Shown: positions 61,603 through 64,000 of the stretch, piece after piece
Layout: the number at the start of each line of letters is the position of its first letter
How positions within the stretch are numbered: position 1 is the first letter of the stretch
DNA from: Eledone cirrhosa
Taxonomy: Eukaryota
Assembly: GCA_964016885.1 (NCBI GenBank)
Contig: OZ024749.1
Span: 40,176,001 to 40,240,000 of the forward strand
Direction: 5' to 3'
DNA length: 64,000 bases
The notes under the pieces: generated by a model
The model's database searches: none
What the model saw: the letters and a program-made list of their open reading frames with translations, nothing else
Told to the model about the DNA's origin: nothing
Translations under genes and position numbers: made by a program

Positions 61603-61786
61603 TTCAAACATTCAAACACAGGTATACACAAACACATATACAATGGCACACACATTCAGTCACACACACACAAACACACACACATACACAGCAAGAAAAA
61701 CATGCACACATCTAAATAGTGAAAAACACATACTCACTTTACACACAAATACAGGTACTCGCATACACACACACACACATATACAT

Positions 61787-61817
<31 letters not shown>

Positions 61818-62133
61818 CACAGATATCCACCCAGCAATGTACCCCCGTTTGTTATTTACTGAACGGGTGTCATCTTGACAGCAATTTACAGATGAAGAAA
61901 GAGAATATATATAGGTGGCGTGGACGAGAGGGGGGGTAGAAATAGGTGTTAGAGTGAGAGGGGTGGGGTGGAAGAGAGGGGGAGTGGGCGCTAGAAGCAG
62001 AGTGTAGAGGGAGAGGGAGGGTGAAGAGAGAGTGGCTGGTGGAAGAAGAGAAGTGAGGGTATAGTAGAGAGAGGTTGGTATTTTATAATGATATTTACTT
62101 TGTTTATGTATTTGCTGAGGTAGATACATGTTT

Positions 62134-62168
<35 letters not shown>

Positions 62169-62291
62169 TCTGCGTGTGTGTATGTGTGTATGTGTGTATG
62201 TGTGTGTGTGTGTGTAGCACATACACTCTGACTCACAAATATGCATACATAGAGATAAATGAAAAGTTACAACTGAGTGAGCATATACATA

Positions 62292-62328
<37 letters not shown>

Positions 62329-62343
62329 GATATATAGATATAT

Positions 62344-62544
62344 AGGAACAAGTATGACCCCGACGGCAGAGCTCAAGCCGTTTCGACGGCTAATTCTGGA
62401 CTAAATTTAGTCCAGAATTAGCCGTCGAAACGGCTTGAGCTCAGCCGTCGGGGTCCTACTCGTTCCTATTACCCACTCTACTACCCTAAGTATTGAGTAC
62501 TTTGGTGCGTTATGGTCCACCTGGTTCCTTACCACATTTCCTTC

Positions 62545-62547
<3 letters not shown>
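62344..62547. mobile_element. Family F fold-back element
   Basis: Turn at ctggactaaatttagtccag. Confidence 0.85.
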
Positions 62548-62597
<50 letters not shown>

Positions 62598-62787
62598 CAT
62601 ATATAGTATACATACATGCATACATACATATGTGCAAACATTCTATGTATGTGCATATGCATAATTTTGCATAATTTTTTGCATTTCATATACTTGCACT
62701 TTCTGCTCATGCGGTGCCTAGACCCACCCTAACCCCATCTCCCACCAGCACAACACCACAAGCTACTCCCACCTATATTTATGTGTG

Positions 62788-62824
<37 letters not shown>

Positions 62825-62841
62825 ATACATGCATACATATA

Positions 62842-62888
<47 letters not shown>

Positions 62889-62986
62889 ATACATGCATAC
62901 ATATATATATTTACATATATATTTACATATATATGTATGTATATAAGTGTATATATACATGTGTGTATATACATGTATATATATAT

Positions 62987-63028
<42 letters not shown>

Positions 63029-63205
63029 GTGTGTGTATGTATGCATGTATATATATATATATATATATATATATTCATACATGTATATACATATATATAT
63101 GCATACATATGTATATACATATATATGCATAAATATGTATATACATATATATATGCATACATATGTATATAAGTGTATAAGTACATACATACATACATAC
63201 ATACA

Positions 63206-63238
<33 letters not shown>

Positions 63239-63749
63239 TTATTCACATGTACAAGATAGAAAACTTAAAGTTACTTTGAGTGAGGAATCAAAACAGGCGA
63301 TGAACGTAAGTGTAGTATAATGAAGTGATGTAGATAAAGTGTATGTGTGTGTGTGTCTATGTGAGAGTGTGTGTATGTGTGTCTATGTAAGAGTGTGTGT
63401 GTGTGTGTGTGCGTGTGAGAGAGACTGCCTGTGTGTTTTTGAGAGACGGAGGGGGAACGTATTTGTGTGAGATTATGGGGCATATTTCTGTCATAAAGTT
63501 CGCTTAATCGGTTTTGTAAAGCCACGTGAAGTTGTGCTGGGTGATAAGCTGGTGATGGTGAGGCTTGTGGTGAGAGTGTACGGTGGGGCTTGTAGTGGTG
63601 GTGGTGGTGGTGGTGGTGGTGGTGGTGGTGGTGGTGGTGGTGGTGGCAGAGTTGAATGGGGGGGGCGGTGAAAGTGATGAGAGTGGGTGAGTTTGTGTTT
63701 CATAATTAAAAACTTCGTTACGACTGACGTCCATATATATATACATATA

Positions 63750-63805
<56 letters not shown>

Positions 63806-63807
<2 letters not shown>

Positions 63808-64000
63808 AGGCGTGTGGCTGAGTGGTTAGAGAATTGGATTTACAATCGTAAGGTTGTGAGTTCGATTCCTGGACCAGGTGATGCGTTATGTCCTTGAGCA
63901 AGACACTTTATTTCACGTTGCTCCTTCTACCTGGAGTTGCGACCGATAGATAGTATTAGCAATTGGAAAGACCAACGGAAACTTTGTTCCCTCGGTCCGA
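63806..64000 (+). mobile_element. CORE-type tRNA SINE running off the window end
   Basis: gaaggcgtgTGGCTGAGTGGttag...GAGTTCGATTCctgg...tgtccttgagcaagacac. Confidence 0.88.

Noticed and set aside
63806-63880. tRNA gene
   Set aside because: A/B boxes belong to a SINE head followed by a CORE-like body; no full cloverleaf

Overview
AT-rich, microsatellite-saturated non-coding animal DNA. The tRNA-derived SINE families, TTAGGG tracts and repeat landscape suggest a cephalopod (octopus-like) genome; this is an inference. No intact host gene is supported, and nearly all ORFs in the track are translations of (TA)n, (CA)n, (CATA)n or trinucleotide repeats. The main signal is about 22 type-I hammerhead ribozyme (HHR) motifs (CUGANGA...GAAA...NUH) from several distinct families, nearly all in short elements lodged in or beside (TA)n tracts. 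They include a 311-bp tandem array with 9 HHRs and an internal strand inversion (23561-26476), a diverged monomeric relative (17361-17768), several singletons, and 7 fold-back or truncated elements that keep only the 3' half of an HHR. Several families share a small hairpin downstream of the ribozyme. This resembles a Penelope-like/retrozyme system of non-autonomous self-cleaving RNAs. Also present are LINE fossils (CRE-like, R4/Dong-like in (CATA)n, RTE/RTEX-like, Vingi-like), many SINEs, MITEs, Helitron/HINE-like fragments, minisatellites and interstitial telomeric repeats. Structures were paired by eye, and ribozyme activity is untested.
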